This document shows, piece after piece, positions 36,269 to 48,934 of a stretch of DNA of 64,000 bases; position 1 is the stretch's first letter; each line of letters begins with the position of its first letter. The position numbers and the translations under genes are program-made. The DNA is from Eutreptiella sp. 'Long Island Sound 2002' (taxonomy: Eukaryota; Protista; Euglenida), in assembly GCA_964036045.1 (NCBI GenBank), contig OZ038378.1:172422001-172486000 (forward strand), written 5' to 3'. Under the pieces are notes generated by a model. The model did no database searches. It worked only from the letters and a program-made list of their open reading frames with translations, and was not told the DNA's origin.

Positions 36269-39200
36269 AAATACAGACATATTGGTACACGCAATTTTTT
36301 TTTTTGGAATTGGTTCAAATTCGGCATCCCAACCCAACTGCATAAGCACTTGTCCCACTCTGCCCACACAAACCCTATGGATTCAAGAAGCCACGCGAGC
36401 TCAAGGGAAAGAGGGGAAGAGGGCACAAGGGAAATCCCTCCCCGGGCTGTACACTATGGAATTTTTACAATGGAATCATTTGCTCACACTCAATACGCCT
36501 CGGTGTGTGCTATGTGTGTGCTGTACAACAATTTCTATTTTAACACCTATACATACTATGGGGTTTGCGTGTGCAAAGTGGGTGTGTGCACAAACCCGGT
36601 TCCACCAGGGAATCTGTGTGCACTCATTGTGCCGCGGCTCTGTGCTATGTATGTGCTGTACAACACATCCTATATAGGTACGTTGCAATGAGTCACATGC
36701 ACACCTGGGTGTTTGCCTGCGCAAACTGGGTGTGCGCACACATTCCATGGTGTGTGGTGTATTGACCTGAGAAAGGGCTTCAAATCAGTCATGGCCGTGG
36801 CTAAGTGGTAAATGCTGAAGCTGCGCAACCTGTATACAAGAGTTTGAATGACATTTTTACTTGTGTATGCAAGTTGTGAACTCGGGATTCCGGTCGGTAC
36901 AACGGGTAATTTGTATGCGCAATCAACAAGTATTGTGTGTGCAGCAAACCCTTCTCTGGTTTGCGCGCAAAGGAACCAACAATTGTAACCAACAATGCTG
37001 GTCTGTACACTTGGCACCCCCTGGCCAGGTCAGTACACCAAGGAATTTATGCACACACACCCCTTGCTCGGTCCATACATACAGGGAAGTTGGGTGCACC
37101 ATGTGTGCCTAAATTCCTGGGTGTACCGACTGGAACCCTGGTCAATCTGGCGATTGTATGCTTGGTGTGCCAAACGGACTTGGCAAGTGCAGGGGATGGG
37201 GGGTCAAGGGAACAGAGTAGGGCAGGAGGCCACCAGGAGGTGCACCACCCTAGCAAGTACAGGGCCAGAGCCTAGGTCAGGTTGGAACTAGATGTGGAGG
37301 ACCCACCATGCGCTTCCTTTGGATGACACAAATACAGGATCTCACATAAAACCATTTCGGCACATGCCGTGCTTCTGAAGACAAACCAATTTGTGCATGC
37401 CTTGTCATCAATATTTTGGTATGTAGCCATTGCTTCCCGTTGTGGACACAATTCTAAAAAGCGATGGTTGCTCTTGCCCAAAGAGTGCTTGCTTAACTGG
37501 CTCATTGGACCCCAATAAAGCCTTGTTATCCGCTCGCTCAGAACAAGAAAGTTGAATTGGCATAAGGAGATATCAAAAGTGGTCAAGAATGATGCAAGGC
37601 GTAAATAACAAACACAAACAAAAGCACTGGCACAAGAGAACTAGCACAATGGAGTGCAATGGCACCAACTGAGCCCCCCCGCCCCCCAACACAAAAAAAG
37701 GCAGCAAAATTTTTGTCCAATATCAAAATATGTATGGGGCAGTGTTTGTCTAGCGTGCCATTTGTATTGGGTACTACAGGGCAGAGAAGAGTAGAATGGC
37801 TACAAAGCCCCTGCCATATCAGGGACTGCAAAGCAGAGACAGTCTGGCTATATGACTGCTGCCATATAGGGGTTCCCAAAATAGGAACACATCAAAGTGG
37901 CTACATAACCCCTGCTGTGTCAGGTCCCAAGAAGGGGGGGCTTGGATAGCGCTTGGTAATGCACCACTTGCGAGCATTGGAGCCTCACAAGATGCCTCGC
38001 ACACTAACATCTCAGTCTTTGTTCATGTTTGGGGTGGTTCCTAACAAGATGCATTTTCATACAAACCGTGTGCTCCCTGCCACATGAACTCTGAGTGTAC
38101 ATTGCACAAATTGCACCGCCTTTTCGGAACACAGCCCACCCCGTTGGACTACGCTTTCAATCATGGTCTTACTAGCAGTTCTGGAAGGAAATAGGCAGTA
38201 GGCGGCATCAGTTCAGATTTCTCTGTTGCTGTCCTGCACTGATGTGTTGTGTGTGTGGTCCTTTGGTGCATTTGTTTTTTGTGCGCGTGGCACAGACATA
38301 GAGGGTTTACACCGGACGCGGTGCGGAAATTAAAGTGCGCCGGGCCCTGCAGGTGAGGAATCCGCGACCTACTGAACAGCCAAGATGGGCTACTGCACCT
38401 GTGTGCAGTCCATCAGTTGCTTGCCTAGTTCTCACCCCATGCGCCATGCATGGGGACGCTTACCATCAACAAGAGAGCCAAGGTGAGGTGCTACACCACA
38501 ATGTGCAGGCGAGAGCACCCCAGGGGCCTTTATGCCCTTGAACATGAATATCATCCATGTTGGTGATCAACGTTGCTCAAAAGCGGGCATGTGCGCTTAT
38601 CAGTGTGTTCTGCAAGGAGGCCAATGATGGTTGTTGCAAAGTAGCAAATCGCATGTTGGAGATAGTCTATTATCCCTGACTGCCAATCAAAGCCCCCACA
38701 AACATGCGAAACCACACAATATGTAGCCCAAAAACGGTGGTTCCTTGTCACATGGGGCAAGAACCCCTTCCCCTTCCCGTAGCCAAATGGGGTAAGTGAC
38801 CCTTGAAACATGCATCGCACTGCAGCACCCTGCCGCAACCCAGAATGCCAGTCCTTGGGTACTGAGAGACATCACCGGTACCCAAGGTACGGTTCTTAAG
38901 TCGCCATATGTACCCCCACCCGAATCGTCAGTTGTGTTGGGAAGACTGCAACGCACGTGCTCTTCCAATGCCAGTATTTACCTGTAGCACCAAATATCAT
39001 TGCCAAAGCCTTTGGTCTGGTATGGGACTTTGGGTGGTGGGGGTTCTAAGTTTTTAGAGTGTTGGGCATGGGCGCCCGAGACTACCAGTAGGAAGCGCAT
39101 CACTTGGCCAACGACTTACAGCCATTCGTGCAGAGAAAGTCTATGTTTGCCAAGGGGTCATGATGCCGGTTGGCGAAGGCAGTACCACGGTCTGCAGCAG

Positions 39201-39467
39201 GGTACATTCCGAATTCAGCCAAATTTTGCTTGACATGTTGAATGACATTCAGGGGAAAATCAATGACAGGTAGGGTGTGGCTTCTGTTGACAGTTCCCAA
39301 CAACAACCAGGGGGGATTGAACATGCTTTGTATGGAGCGTGGTTCGTGGACGGAGATGAAAGAAACACGCAATCGCCATTGCCGGCCAGCAAGTGTCAGT
39401 CCACCATCATTTTCGTTTCTTCAGACAACGGTTCATAGCAATGCTTCGTAGTGTACCTGTCACTGCT

Positions 39468-40325
39468 ATGTCTGTGTTTAGGCTTCAACGTGAAGATCAC
39501 GTTGAGCTGCGCGGCGTGTGTTGGGAGCCTTCCGGCGCTGCCACTGCGGCCATATGCCTCATCCACGACTTTGCCGAGCACATGGGCCGCTATGAGCACG
39601 TGGCTGCACACTTCTGCGCGCAGGGGGTCGCACTGCTGGGCATCGATTTGCGCGGCCATGGCCTCACGAAGGGCCAGCACGCCTCCTCAATACACGTGGC
39701 TCTCGCGGACGTGTCCGCGCTTCTGGAGCATGCGGCGGCCCGCTTCACCGGCGCGCCCCGCATTCTCTACGGCCACGGCACGGGGGGCGCCGTGGTGAGC
39801 AACTACGTGTTGCGTACCCGGCTCTCGCCCGGCGCCGTGGCCGGGGTGGTGGTCACCAACCCGTGTTTCCGGGCGCGTTGGTGGCCCATCGAGGCCGAGC
39901 GTCTCCTCTGCAAGACGCTGCACGCGCTGCGGCCCGACAAAGTTGTCGCAACGACCGACATCTCGGAGCGCCTCTCGCATGATCTCTCCGTCGGCACCGC
40001 CTACGCCAGCGACCCGCTGGTGCTCCGGGACGTCCCGCTTGGGGCCGCCTTCGTGCTGAAGGCGGCCGGCGAGTGGGCGCTGGCGCATGCGCGCCAGTGG
40101 GACCAGCGGGTGCCGCTGCTTGTCATGCACGGCGTCGCGGACCCTGTCACGGACCCGGAGCACAGCAAAGCGTTTGCAGGCGCGGCCCAAGGGGCAGCTC
40201 AGCTGAAGCTCTGGGACCGCATGTACCACGACCCGCACCACGAGATCAATCAGGCGGAGGTGCTGGCGTACACATGTGCGTGGCTGAACAAAGTGGTCAC
40301 CGGTGTCCAAGCGGCGAGCGCCTGA
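39468..40325 (+). CDS. Alpha/beta hydrolase, monoglyceride lipase/lysophospholipase family; nucleophile Ser replaced by Gly
   Basis: IHDFAEHMGRY, GIDLRGHG, ILYGHGTGG, MHGVADPVT and WDRMYHDPHHE follow the HGxGEH..RY, DxRGHG, GHSxGG, HGxxDxV and YHxxxxE pattern of this family. The start is uncertain: ATG 39441 or 39468, or an upstream exon ending at 39269 spliced in phase to 39482. Confidence 0.9.
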   Translation: MSVFRLQREDHVELRGVCWEPSGAATAAICLIHDFAEHMGRYEHVAAHFCAQGVALLGIDLRGHGLTKGQHASSIHVALADVSALLEHAAARFTGAPRILYGHGTGGAVVSNYVLRTRLSPGAVAGVVVTNPCFRARWWPIEAERLLCKTLHALRPDKVVATTDISERLSHDLSVGTAYASDPLVLRDVPLGAAFVLKAAGEWALAHARQWDQRVPLLVMHGVADPVTDPEHSKAFAGAAQGAAQLKLWDRMYHDPHHEINQAEVLAYTCAWLNKVVTGVQAASA

Positions 40326-41145
40326 GCAGTGCACCCGCTGCGCTGCGGTGGTCGGGGGGCGGCGGGATGCGGTGGGACGAGCATGTCCGCAGCACCGATC
40401 GCGGCAGAACGGTCGAGGCGCCGCCGTTTGAGTTCACGCAGATCCGTAGGGCCCTGTGGAAGGAGCCACGATTGTTTCCTCACAAACCACCTTCTGTGGG
40501 GCTTGGAGCCCTTTCCTGCGGACGAGGAACCAATTAGGAAAGCCCCGGTAGCGAGCCTTGGAAGTGCCTGTACCGCCACTCGCTGCCGGTCCGCTAGCAG
40601 AGCTGCCGGGTCCCGGTTATATATGCCCCGATGCCCTCGGTAATGCCGTGCACGGCTACGGTTCTTGATCCCCTGCAATCGCCACGCCACCCCCCCGTTC
40701 GCGCTGCGCCCAGTGTGCACTTCCAAACCGGAAGGTGCGGCCAAGACCACCCCCCATTCCAGGGCCCAGGCTCTGGAGTTCCTACGAAACGCCCCCCCAC
40801 CCCCCCAAACTCCTCCGTGGAGGTGAGATCAGCAGCGGATCGCCACCCCTATTGAGGCGGGGGACCTGGGCCACATATTGATCTTCAGCCTTTGTGTCTG
40901 CATTTGTGGTTCCATTGACGATGTGGACGCTGTGTGTGTGTGCGTGTGCGGCGACGGCGGGGGGGGGGGGGCGGCGTTACAGTGGCAAGGTCGCAGTCCG
41001 TGATGCTTCATCTGGGCGCGTCTGTTGGAGTGGGGCTTTTACAACCCTCGCCCCGAACAAGAGGATGCGGGTCTTCTTATTTGTTTGCATCTTGTTATTT
41101 GGTGCATCTTCTTATTCTGACCCTCCCCCCTTTGGCACCCACAAG

Positions 41146-43207
41146 GGCTTTGTTTCGGACCTGTGATGCTGCTTTTCAATCCTCTTTGTACCAGGACTAT
41201 ATGACACACACCATGGAAGCATTTGATGCATTTGCCGTTGATGTTGATGAGGCACGGCAACACGATGAACTTCTTGTGGACACATTCTGGGTACCAAACA
41301 CAGACGGAGAAGAGGAGGACAAGAGCATCAGTGAGGCCTCTAGTGCAGATTTTGATGGTGAGCATGACCAAACAAACCCCCTGAACGAAAAATCTGCAGC
41401 ACTGCCCAAGCAGCTGTCTATGACCACCTTTTTTTGCGAAAGTAAGCAAACAAAATGCTTTAGTGGTTGAGATAAATGAGGCGTGCATTCTTCTGTTGCT
41501 TTTAAGGAAGGGATGGTGCTGGTGCTCTGGGGCCCTGAGCGTCTTCTTAGTTTGGACTCCAAAATAAAACGAAACATGCATCTTATTACTTTGGCTGTGT
41601 CTTCTTATACGGGGCAGGAGTTGAGCCCCGAAGTTCTCATTGCATTGCCATGGCCCTCTCTGGTGTTCCCTGCTGCCAATCTCGCTGCTTCAAGGGGCAA
41701 ACTCTTTGAATCTATGCCTCTCACTGTAATTCCAACCCGTTCCCAGTCTTTGCCCTCTGCGGTCTCTCAACCAGACTCCCGACTGGCTATTGGTTTGATA
41801 GTGCAGCGTTGCAGTGTTTGTATTGCTGCTTTGAATGTTGCCAACCTGCCCCCCCCAAACACGAGGGCGCAGGCATTACTCAGAGCACATCTGTCAGGAT
41901 GTGAGCTATGGAAAGACGTGCCCCTGCGCCAGCGGTCCTCTGTACCGTCTCGTGGGCGCAGATGGCGCCCCAGCCCCACGCTCTGAGCCCCATTGTACAA
42001 TTCTTCATTTCCAATGATGGATGACGCTTGATGCTGGCCAGTCATGCCCACAGGCCACGGATGGAGATGATTTCGGCGCCACTCGGGGGGTCCGGGTCCG
42101 GGGGGGGGGGGGGGTTTGTGACTGGTCACAAAAAAATAAAGGGCCATAGTGGGAAAGTGGAAACCCCAAAAATATTGTGACCAAAAAAGGTGCCTCCGGT
42201 AGAATGTCTCCTGTGCCTGCCTGGACTGCAACTTTACCGTGACTGTGTCTACTTGCACTGCAAATTTCTTGTGACTGCTGGTATTTGTACACTGTGTGTG
42301 CATTTTGTTGTTGCAGGCCTTTTTTTTTTTCAGTGGCAGTGGCACTGAAGGGGTATAGTAGCAGTGGCAGTGATAGTGACAGTGATACTGACAGGTCAAG
42401 TGGTGGTAGTTGTAGCTGCAGCGAGCAAGACAATGTTGTCACTGTGAGTGATGACAGTGAATGACAATGGCAATGTTGCATCCACAGGGCTCTGTGCCTG
42501 TCATGTGTGTTGTTGCATCCCCCCCCCCCCCCCCCCATGTACACGTGCGGGCTGAGGGCTGCCCAAACGGCCGGTTTTAGGTCCTTTTTTTTGTGACTAG
42601 ATATTGTGACCTTTTTTGTGACCAAGGGGGGTCCGGGCCAGACCCCCCACCCCCCAGTTATATTCATCCCTGCCACAGGCCATATGCAACGGGGTACACA
42701 CTGTCTGTCGGTTGCAGTGCATTGGACGGAGGGCTATGGACTGCCACACGGCATCCTCTAAGCCCCTGGCAGTTCGAACCACACGGTACACTGCCCTCCG
42801 ATGCTCAGCAAGGCAGCTACTGTGTGACACGTACCATGTGGGGCAGATCTGGCTGCTGTAGTTGTTACCAATGACAGCAGGTTGATTTGCTTGCAGTACA
42901 TCTGCGCGGTCTTTCTCACTCTGTGGCAGCAACCCACACAGCGAGATATCGCTTCATGATTGCAATTGGTCACAAATTCAGGAAGTTGTGCAGGTAGGTG
43001 CATTGCAGCACTGGAAGAATTGAGGGATTCTACAGGCAATATCGCATTGGGTTCGACAGGAGCACACACCCAGTGCGATGTTTTGCAAATTGAGTTGCAC
43101 TCCGATGCTTTTGGTTGCAGAATCATTAGGTTAGCCTTACGGGGTACTCTGAACCCATGGCAGTTTGAACCACACGGTACACTGCCCTCCACGACAGCGA
43201 CACAACC
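41146..43207 (+). other. Putative multi-exon gene or pseudogene of unknown function
   Basis: Candidate exons 41146-41441, 41747-41900, 42718-42830, 42897-42993 and 43121-43207 join in phase with GT-AG ends, and the product repeats LxPWQFEPHGTLPS twice. No start or clear 3' end was found, and splice sites were chosen by eye. Confidence 0.35.
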
Positions 43208-44019
43208 GTATGTATAGTTCCTGTACAGAAACTATACGTACGGTTGATAGGTTGTGGCTGCAGGTTGCATGCCCTGTCCCTTCGTATCCGAGCCTCAAAT
43301 GCAAATTATTTGCTGCATAAGTACCCACCTGCCCAAGGACCCAAGGACCTCCTGTTGTGCTGCTCATGTTTTGTGTGTTTTCTCTTCCTCCCTCCCGGCT
43401 CTGTGGCAGCACAGGGAGCAGCCACCTTGGGATTGGTTACAATCGAATCAAGTTGTGCAGATACATTACAGCTTTCGGCAGAATGAAGAATGCCTGCAGG
43501 CGCATACGCCCACTGCAGCACATTCTGGCAATATTTATTGACTTCTGCAGGAGGGGAACGCGTCTCAGCATTTGCTTTGCCCGATGGGCGTCTTAACTCA
43601 GTTCTGGTCGACTACTTGTCCCAGAACAACCTAAGTGAACTGCTGAGTCTAGCCGAGACGCTGGCCCAGCAAAAGCAGCCTAAGGACTAACTCTGTTTTT
43701 GAGTCTCACCTGAGAGACTCGCCCCCCGATACATTGCTTTGTCGATATAATTCAGCAGTGCATTGGTTTTTTGGTTGGGGCTGTTGGGTTGAGCCTTATG
43801 GGCCAGTATGCGGTGTGCACACAGTGCATGTATCGTTATTCCACAGACCTACCCAGGTACACACCCCATTTACAGGGCTCTAAAAGGTATGACCGTTACA
43901 CACTGCACTGTGTCCCCTACAGCATCAAAAATGTCCCTTCCATGGCTTCTGCAGGCATCACTGTCACCTACATCTAATCAACTGGTGATAGAGTGCCTGC
44001 CGCTGTTATTTGGGTCCGT

Positions 44020-44200
44020 GGTAAAACTTAAAAAAATTCTTCCTAAGTTTCAAAACTTAGTAAAAAAAAAAACATTTAGTAACTTTTTCCTCTGCGGGTG
44101 GGTTTTTTACTAGGTAATTTATTTAGTAATTTTTTCCTACTAAGTAATTTACTTAGGAGCAAAAATTTTCTGACTGCGTAATTTACTAAGTAAAAAAAAA
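44020..44200. repeat. AT-rich element built from ACTAAGT/ACTTAGT/ACTAGGT words
   Basis: Repeated heptamers in both orientations within A/T runs; related to 60688-61616. Confidence 0.6.
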
Positions 44201-44349
44201 CTTCCCTTCCGCATGTGGACAGCACACGGGCGTTGAGTATGACTCTGAAGGTCAGTGTGTTTCTCGCCCCGCGACTACTACTCATTGAATCGAAGTTCGT
44301 GTGCGTGTCCATCCCATCAAGTGCGATTTCAGTGTTGCTTTGTTGCCCA

Positions 44350-44550
44350 GAAGCCACCAGGAATTAACAACAGCCATCCAGAAGCCTATAGGAATTAACA
44401 GTCACCATCCCAAAGCATCCAGGAATTACTAGCAAACATCAAAAAATTTCCAGGAATAAACAGCAAGCATCCAAGAGCCTCCGCGCATTTACAACAAGCA
44501 GCCACAAACCTCTAGAAAGTCACAGCAACCAGCCCAAAAGCCGCCAGGGT
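44350..44550 (+). repeat. Degenerate ~30-bp minisatellite
   Basis: Same family as 7856-8000. Confidence 0.7.
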
Positions 44551-45483
44551 ACATCAGTTTTTAGGGGTTCCAAGAATGACTACTTTCCCGAAGTTGATTC
44601 CAAAGCCGTACACAGTGCGCGTGCAGTGCAAAGGGTACTAGCATAATTCTGGCATTTTTGACCACATGGTACACTGCACATTCCAGCCCCATTGTTTCAA
44701 GTATCATGGGTTGCACTTTTCATTTTGCGCTGCATGGCTGCGATGATTGTTCCAGTCCAGGGGCAAGCACTTTGGTAGTGCTGGTTACACACAAGTCTGG
44801 TATCCAAATGTCAGTCAACAGTTCCCTCGTGGATCAACCTCATTCCAGCTGATTTTCCTCCTCACAGTCATAGCCAATCATTTTGAATTTGATGGTTTTG
44901 TTGCTATGTGCTCTTGGGAGAAAACAGGATGTGCATTGCATCCACTATGCAAATTTTGTTCAATAAGATTTCAATGGGTTGGATGCGTTTGTACACTCCT
45001 CATTTTTTTTGGCAGCCTAGTTTTAGGCGGGGCGGGGGGGGGGTGTATGTTTTAGCGTTGAAAAATATCAGTTGTCAAAAATACAACACAAATTCTCATT
45101 TTTGCACTAATTTTGATAAACCCTGACCTCTGCTGTTCCAGGGTGCTGGGCATGCTGACGGCCAACGCCGTGTCCCTGCTGCCTCACAACTCCTCCACCT
45201 ACAAATCGCGAATACTTTCAGCAAAAGCCCGCAGAATGCTGTCCCCCCCCTAGAACAGCAGAGGAAGCTGAGCGACTTAACATGTGGCCACACAATAGTC
45301 CTGAAGACCAAAGCAGGCACTCTGCACAAAGGAGTCCGATGGGCCCTTGGCAGAAGGGCTGTGACGGCAAAATGACAACAACCACAACAACAAATAGAAC
45401 GAGTTCGTGGGCAGCACAGGGTTTGGCTACTCCCTTTTGAGGTTGCTTTGAGCGCAATCATTTGCTCATTCATTGTTGTTCTA

Positions 45484-45571
45484 AACCCCGCCCTGAATAA
45501 GAGGATGCGCATCTTCTTATTTATTTGCGTCTTCTTATTTGGGCTGCGTCTTCTTATACGGGGCGGGAGTT
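45484..45571. mobile_element. 88-bp MITE flanked by TA (Tc1/mariner-like target site)
   Basis: AACCCCGCCCTGAATAAGAG ... CTTCTTATACGGGGCGGGAGTT, with TA at 45482-45483 and 45572-45573. Split relatives lie at 41042-41113 and 41578-41623. Confidence 0.65.
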
Positions 45572-47020
45572 TATACATGTTTATGTGCAGCAAACCTATT
45601 TGCATGTTTATTTTCTTGATGAGTTCACCTCACCAAACCGTTTTTTCTTTGGAGACTATTTTGCCTGTGGCCAAAACCTCATGCACTTTTGCGTCACATC
45701 TTTGCACCAAAGCCCAGATGGTTTTTTTTTTTTAGCATATGCTATGTTTTCCAAAATTAGCCACAAGGAGTAAAGTAAAAGGCCCCTTTCGTGCCCAACG
45801 CGTCAATTGTCCCAGCCGAAAAAATTGGTGCAACAACTTGGTGTCAGTCACCCATTGCTGACAAGGGCAGTTGATTCATTCCAGGCTTTTAGATATGGCT
45901 ATATGCTGTGTGCCCCCCCCGTATAAGCTATGCCCTTGTCCAAGCTACAGTAGGTGCAGGACCGGAATGATTGTGTGCGTAATTTGATTACGTACGATAT
46001 GTAGTGTGGCCACATAAGACATGGGTTTGTCGTCACAGTTGCCAATTTCAGCATATGTGGCCCCCTGCTGGTACACCAGGATTTTTTTTTTTAGTCTGAT
46101 GCATCCCATAGGTCCTGAATTGCCAATTTCAGCACATGTGCAGGTGTGCATGTGCATGTGTGTGTGTGTGTGTGTGTGTGTCGGCTGTTGTATGTGTTGC
46201 GCGCAAGCCACGCCCTTGTTGAAGCTACAGTAGGCGTAGGGACCGTAATAATTGTGTACATTGGCGTAGCGTATACAAGGGGGAGGGTAGAAACTGACAT
46301 TCAGGACTACAGTGTTGTGGTATATTGGAAATCAACGGCCCCCCGCTTGCATCCGCATGGCCTTGTCTAAGGCGAATCCATGCATGCAACCGTGGTTTTC
46401 TGAACACATTTTTTGGTTTCCAGAATGTAACATGATGTGGTTGTGTGCCAATTGTAGAGAGAAGTAGGGGCTGGGCCATGCCTATGACATTGTTGTCCGC
46501 TCAAAACAGTAGTTTGTGTAACATTGCAAACCAATGTTGTATTGATGTGGCACATGACAAGTGGCTCCCTAACAAGTGAGGGTGCTCCAACGCCTTTCCA
46601 AAGTATCATTCAAGTTGCCGATTAATTTTGGGGGGTATCAAATCCTTGTGCCTATCAACATTGCACTTCATGAGGTGTGCCGATGACCACCACCTTTGGT
46701 GGGACTGTGGGAAAAAGAATTGTGTGCAATGCAACGGGGATTGCAAGAACCACTTGGCCCGGTTTCTACAAACACCTCCAGCAACATTGAGCTAGCTTAG
46801 CATCAAATGCGAATTGTTCCCTGTACGCAAATTGGAAGTGGTCTTTTGTTGTCAACTTGTGCTGCACAATAGCAAGGACGGTGGCAGCTACTCAGCACAA
46901 TGGGCCGTGTGCTTCCAGGAGACCTCAAGCGCGAGCCTGTCACAATTGTGTGCAAGAGATATCGTCCTCCTCACCGGCAAGCAGCAGGAATATTGGCTTC
47001 TCCAGTCTAGCAAGGGGTGA

Positions 47021-47836
47021 GGGGGCGTACCGTGCGCTGTGCGCGCGCTGTGCGAAAAGTAGGCCATTCTCCACCACCGGTAGGCAGTTTTTTGGGTGTA
47101 GGATTGCCGCAGGGTACTATTGCCGTTGTGTGTCCTTGTAGCATCAACCCTCCCCCTTCTTGCATGTATGTACCCTTGCAAACGGGCACCCTGAGGCCGG
47201 TATATGGTGATACATTCTCAGGGTGTTTGCTGCGGGGCATCATCTTTTGCTCTCATTTCATTTTAATGTTGGAGATAGGGTGTTCTACACTCGCTCCAAT
47301 GGGATGCGAGTTCCTGCCACAGTGGTGGGGTTTGCGCCCGACGGCTTACTCCACTTGGAGTATTTCCAAGACGCGGTGAAGGTGGTGAATCGGCAGTGCA
47401 AAGTTGAGTCTAGCAATAGCCAACAAAAGCAATCCTCCATAGCGGATCTTTTCCGATTGAAGAGTCCTTTTTCAGGATCTTCTTCATCTTCATCATCTTC
47501 TTTTTCCATCCCACAACCGTCCGCGCCTGCCCCCCCTGACCCCTCGTCCCCTTCGAAAAGGAAACGGTCACCATCTCCGACAAGGGAAGCCACCCCGGCG
47601 GAGTGTGCAAAGGCGGATGCCAGAACTGAGAACCAATTGCTCGAGTTTTTGTACAAATTTTATTGTCTACATTGCATTGTTTTGGACATTGGATAATTCT
47701 GAGAACACGACACGTTTGAATTTCGGACTTTTGAATTGCTCATGCATGCTTCTAGAGGTGGCAGGTTTTCAGGGCTGTTACCGGGGTAAACACCGTAATA
47801 ACTGGCGCTTTGCGCGCGCTGTGCGAAAACGCCCCC
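47021..47836. mobile_element. Non-autonomous PIF/Harbinger-type element, 816 bp, TSD TGA
   Basis: Perfect 8-bp TIR GGGGGCGT/ACGCCCCC, with TGA at 47018-47020 and 47837-47839. Subterminal (GC)GCTGTGCG repeats and both arms are shared with 48631-48934. Confidence 0.85.
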
Positions 47837-48630
47837 TGAGTTTGATAGGCTGGGAAACTTCCACCATATTTCCACTACTGCCCATGTTTTCACTACTACT
47901 GCTAGGCACCTTCGGACGACCATGGTTGCATAACCCTTCCGGTATCATGGTCCCCAAAATGGGAGGAATTAGTATGGCTGCATAACAACCCGTACAGTAT
48001 TGGGCCCCCAAAATCGGGAGGAATCAACATGGCTGCATTAGCTTGTTGTAGCCTAGTGGAGGAATCAACGTGTGCACCAAGATGGTGGGGTTTTCCAAAA
48101 TTAAAGTGTTGGGTGTTTTCCTCTTACAACATAGTCCCCCCCCCCCCTTGGTAAGGAAAACCGGTGACTTACCCCCAAGGTGCCTGAAGCGGGAAGAAAT
48201 CAGAATGGCATAATCACTACATAACCCCTAACATATTGGGGTTGCCAAAGTGGGCGAAACCAAAACATGGCTGCATAGCCCTAGCCAGATCGTGCTTCCC
48301 TTCGTTCGTCATCCTCGTGCAGATATAACCCCCCCCCCCCCCTTGTCCTTCCCCACCCTTTGTCCTTCTCCGGGGGTGGGCGGGGTGGGGGACCGTCACT
48401 TGGTCAACCCAAAATTTTTTGTTGCGGCTCACTGTGTTGTTGTGTGGGTGACTGTGTTGTGGGGCAGTGCCACTTGTATCCCTTGTACTCATGGCAGGAC
48501 ACTTTGCTCACTTTCGCTGAAATGGAACTTGAAAAGGAAGTTTTGGGAACAAGTTGTATTTTACAAGGGACATTCCCGAAGGGAAATCGGTTCCCAAAGA
48601 TCTGCTTGCACCTGCCACGCCTCCGACTAA

Positions 48631-48934
48631 GGGGGCGTACCGTGCGCTGTGCGCGCGCTGTGCGAAAAGTTGGCTGTTCTCCACCACCGGGAGTTCGGTA
48701 AGTTCAGAAGATTGAAAGGACGTCATTGAATGGCTGCTGCAGTGGACGGGGCTATAGGGGGCAGAATTTAGGTCCCTGGGACCCATGGCAAGCATCAGAT
48801 GTTTGAATTTTTGAGGTTTGAATTAATTGTGCATGATTCCGCAGGTGGGTGGTTTTCAGGGTTGTTACCTGGATAATCACCGTAATAATTGGCGCTGTGC
48901 GCGCGCTGTGCCCGCGCTGTGCGAAAACGCCCCC
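48631..48934. mobile_element. Non-autonomous PIF/Harbinger-type element, 304 bp, TSD TAA
   Basis: Same TIRs, with TAA at 48628-48630 and 48935-48937. A TNA TSD and GGG-starting TIRs are hallmarks of PIF/Harbinger (Tourist) elements. Confidence 0.88.

Noticed and set aside
38541-38570. NIIHVGDQ as an SF1/Helitron helicase motif
   Set aside because: It is an isolated short match with no Walker A or other helicase motifs.
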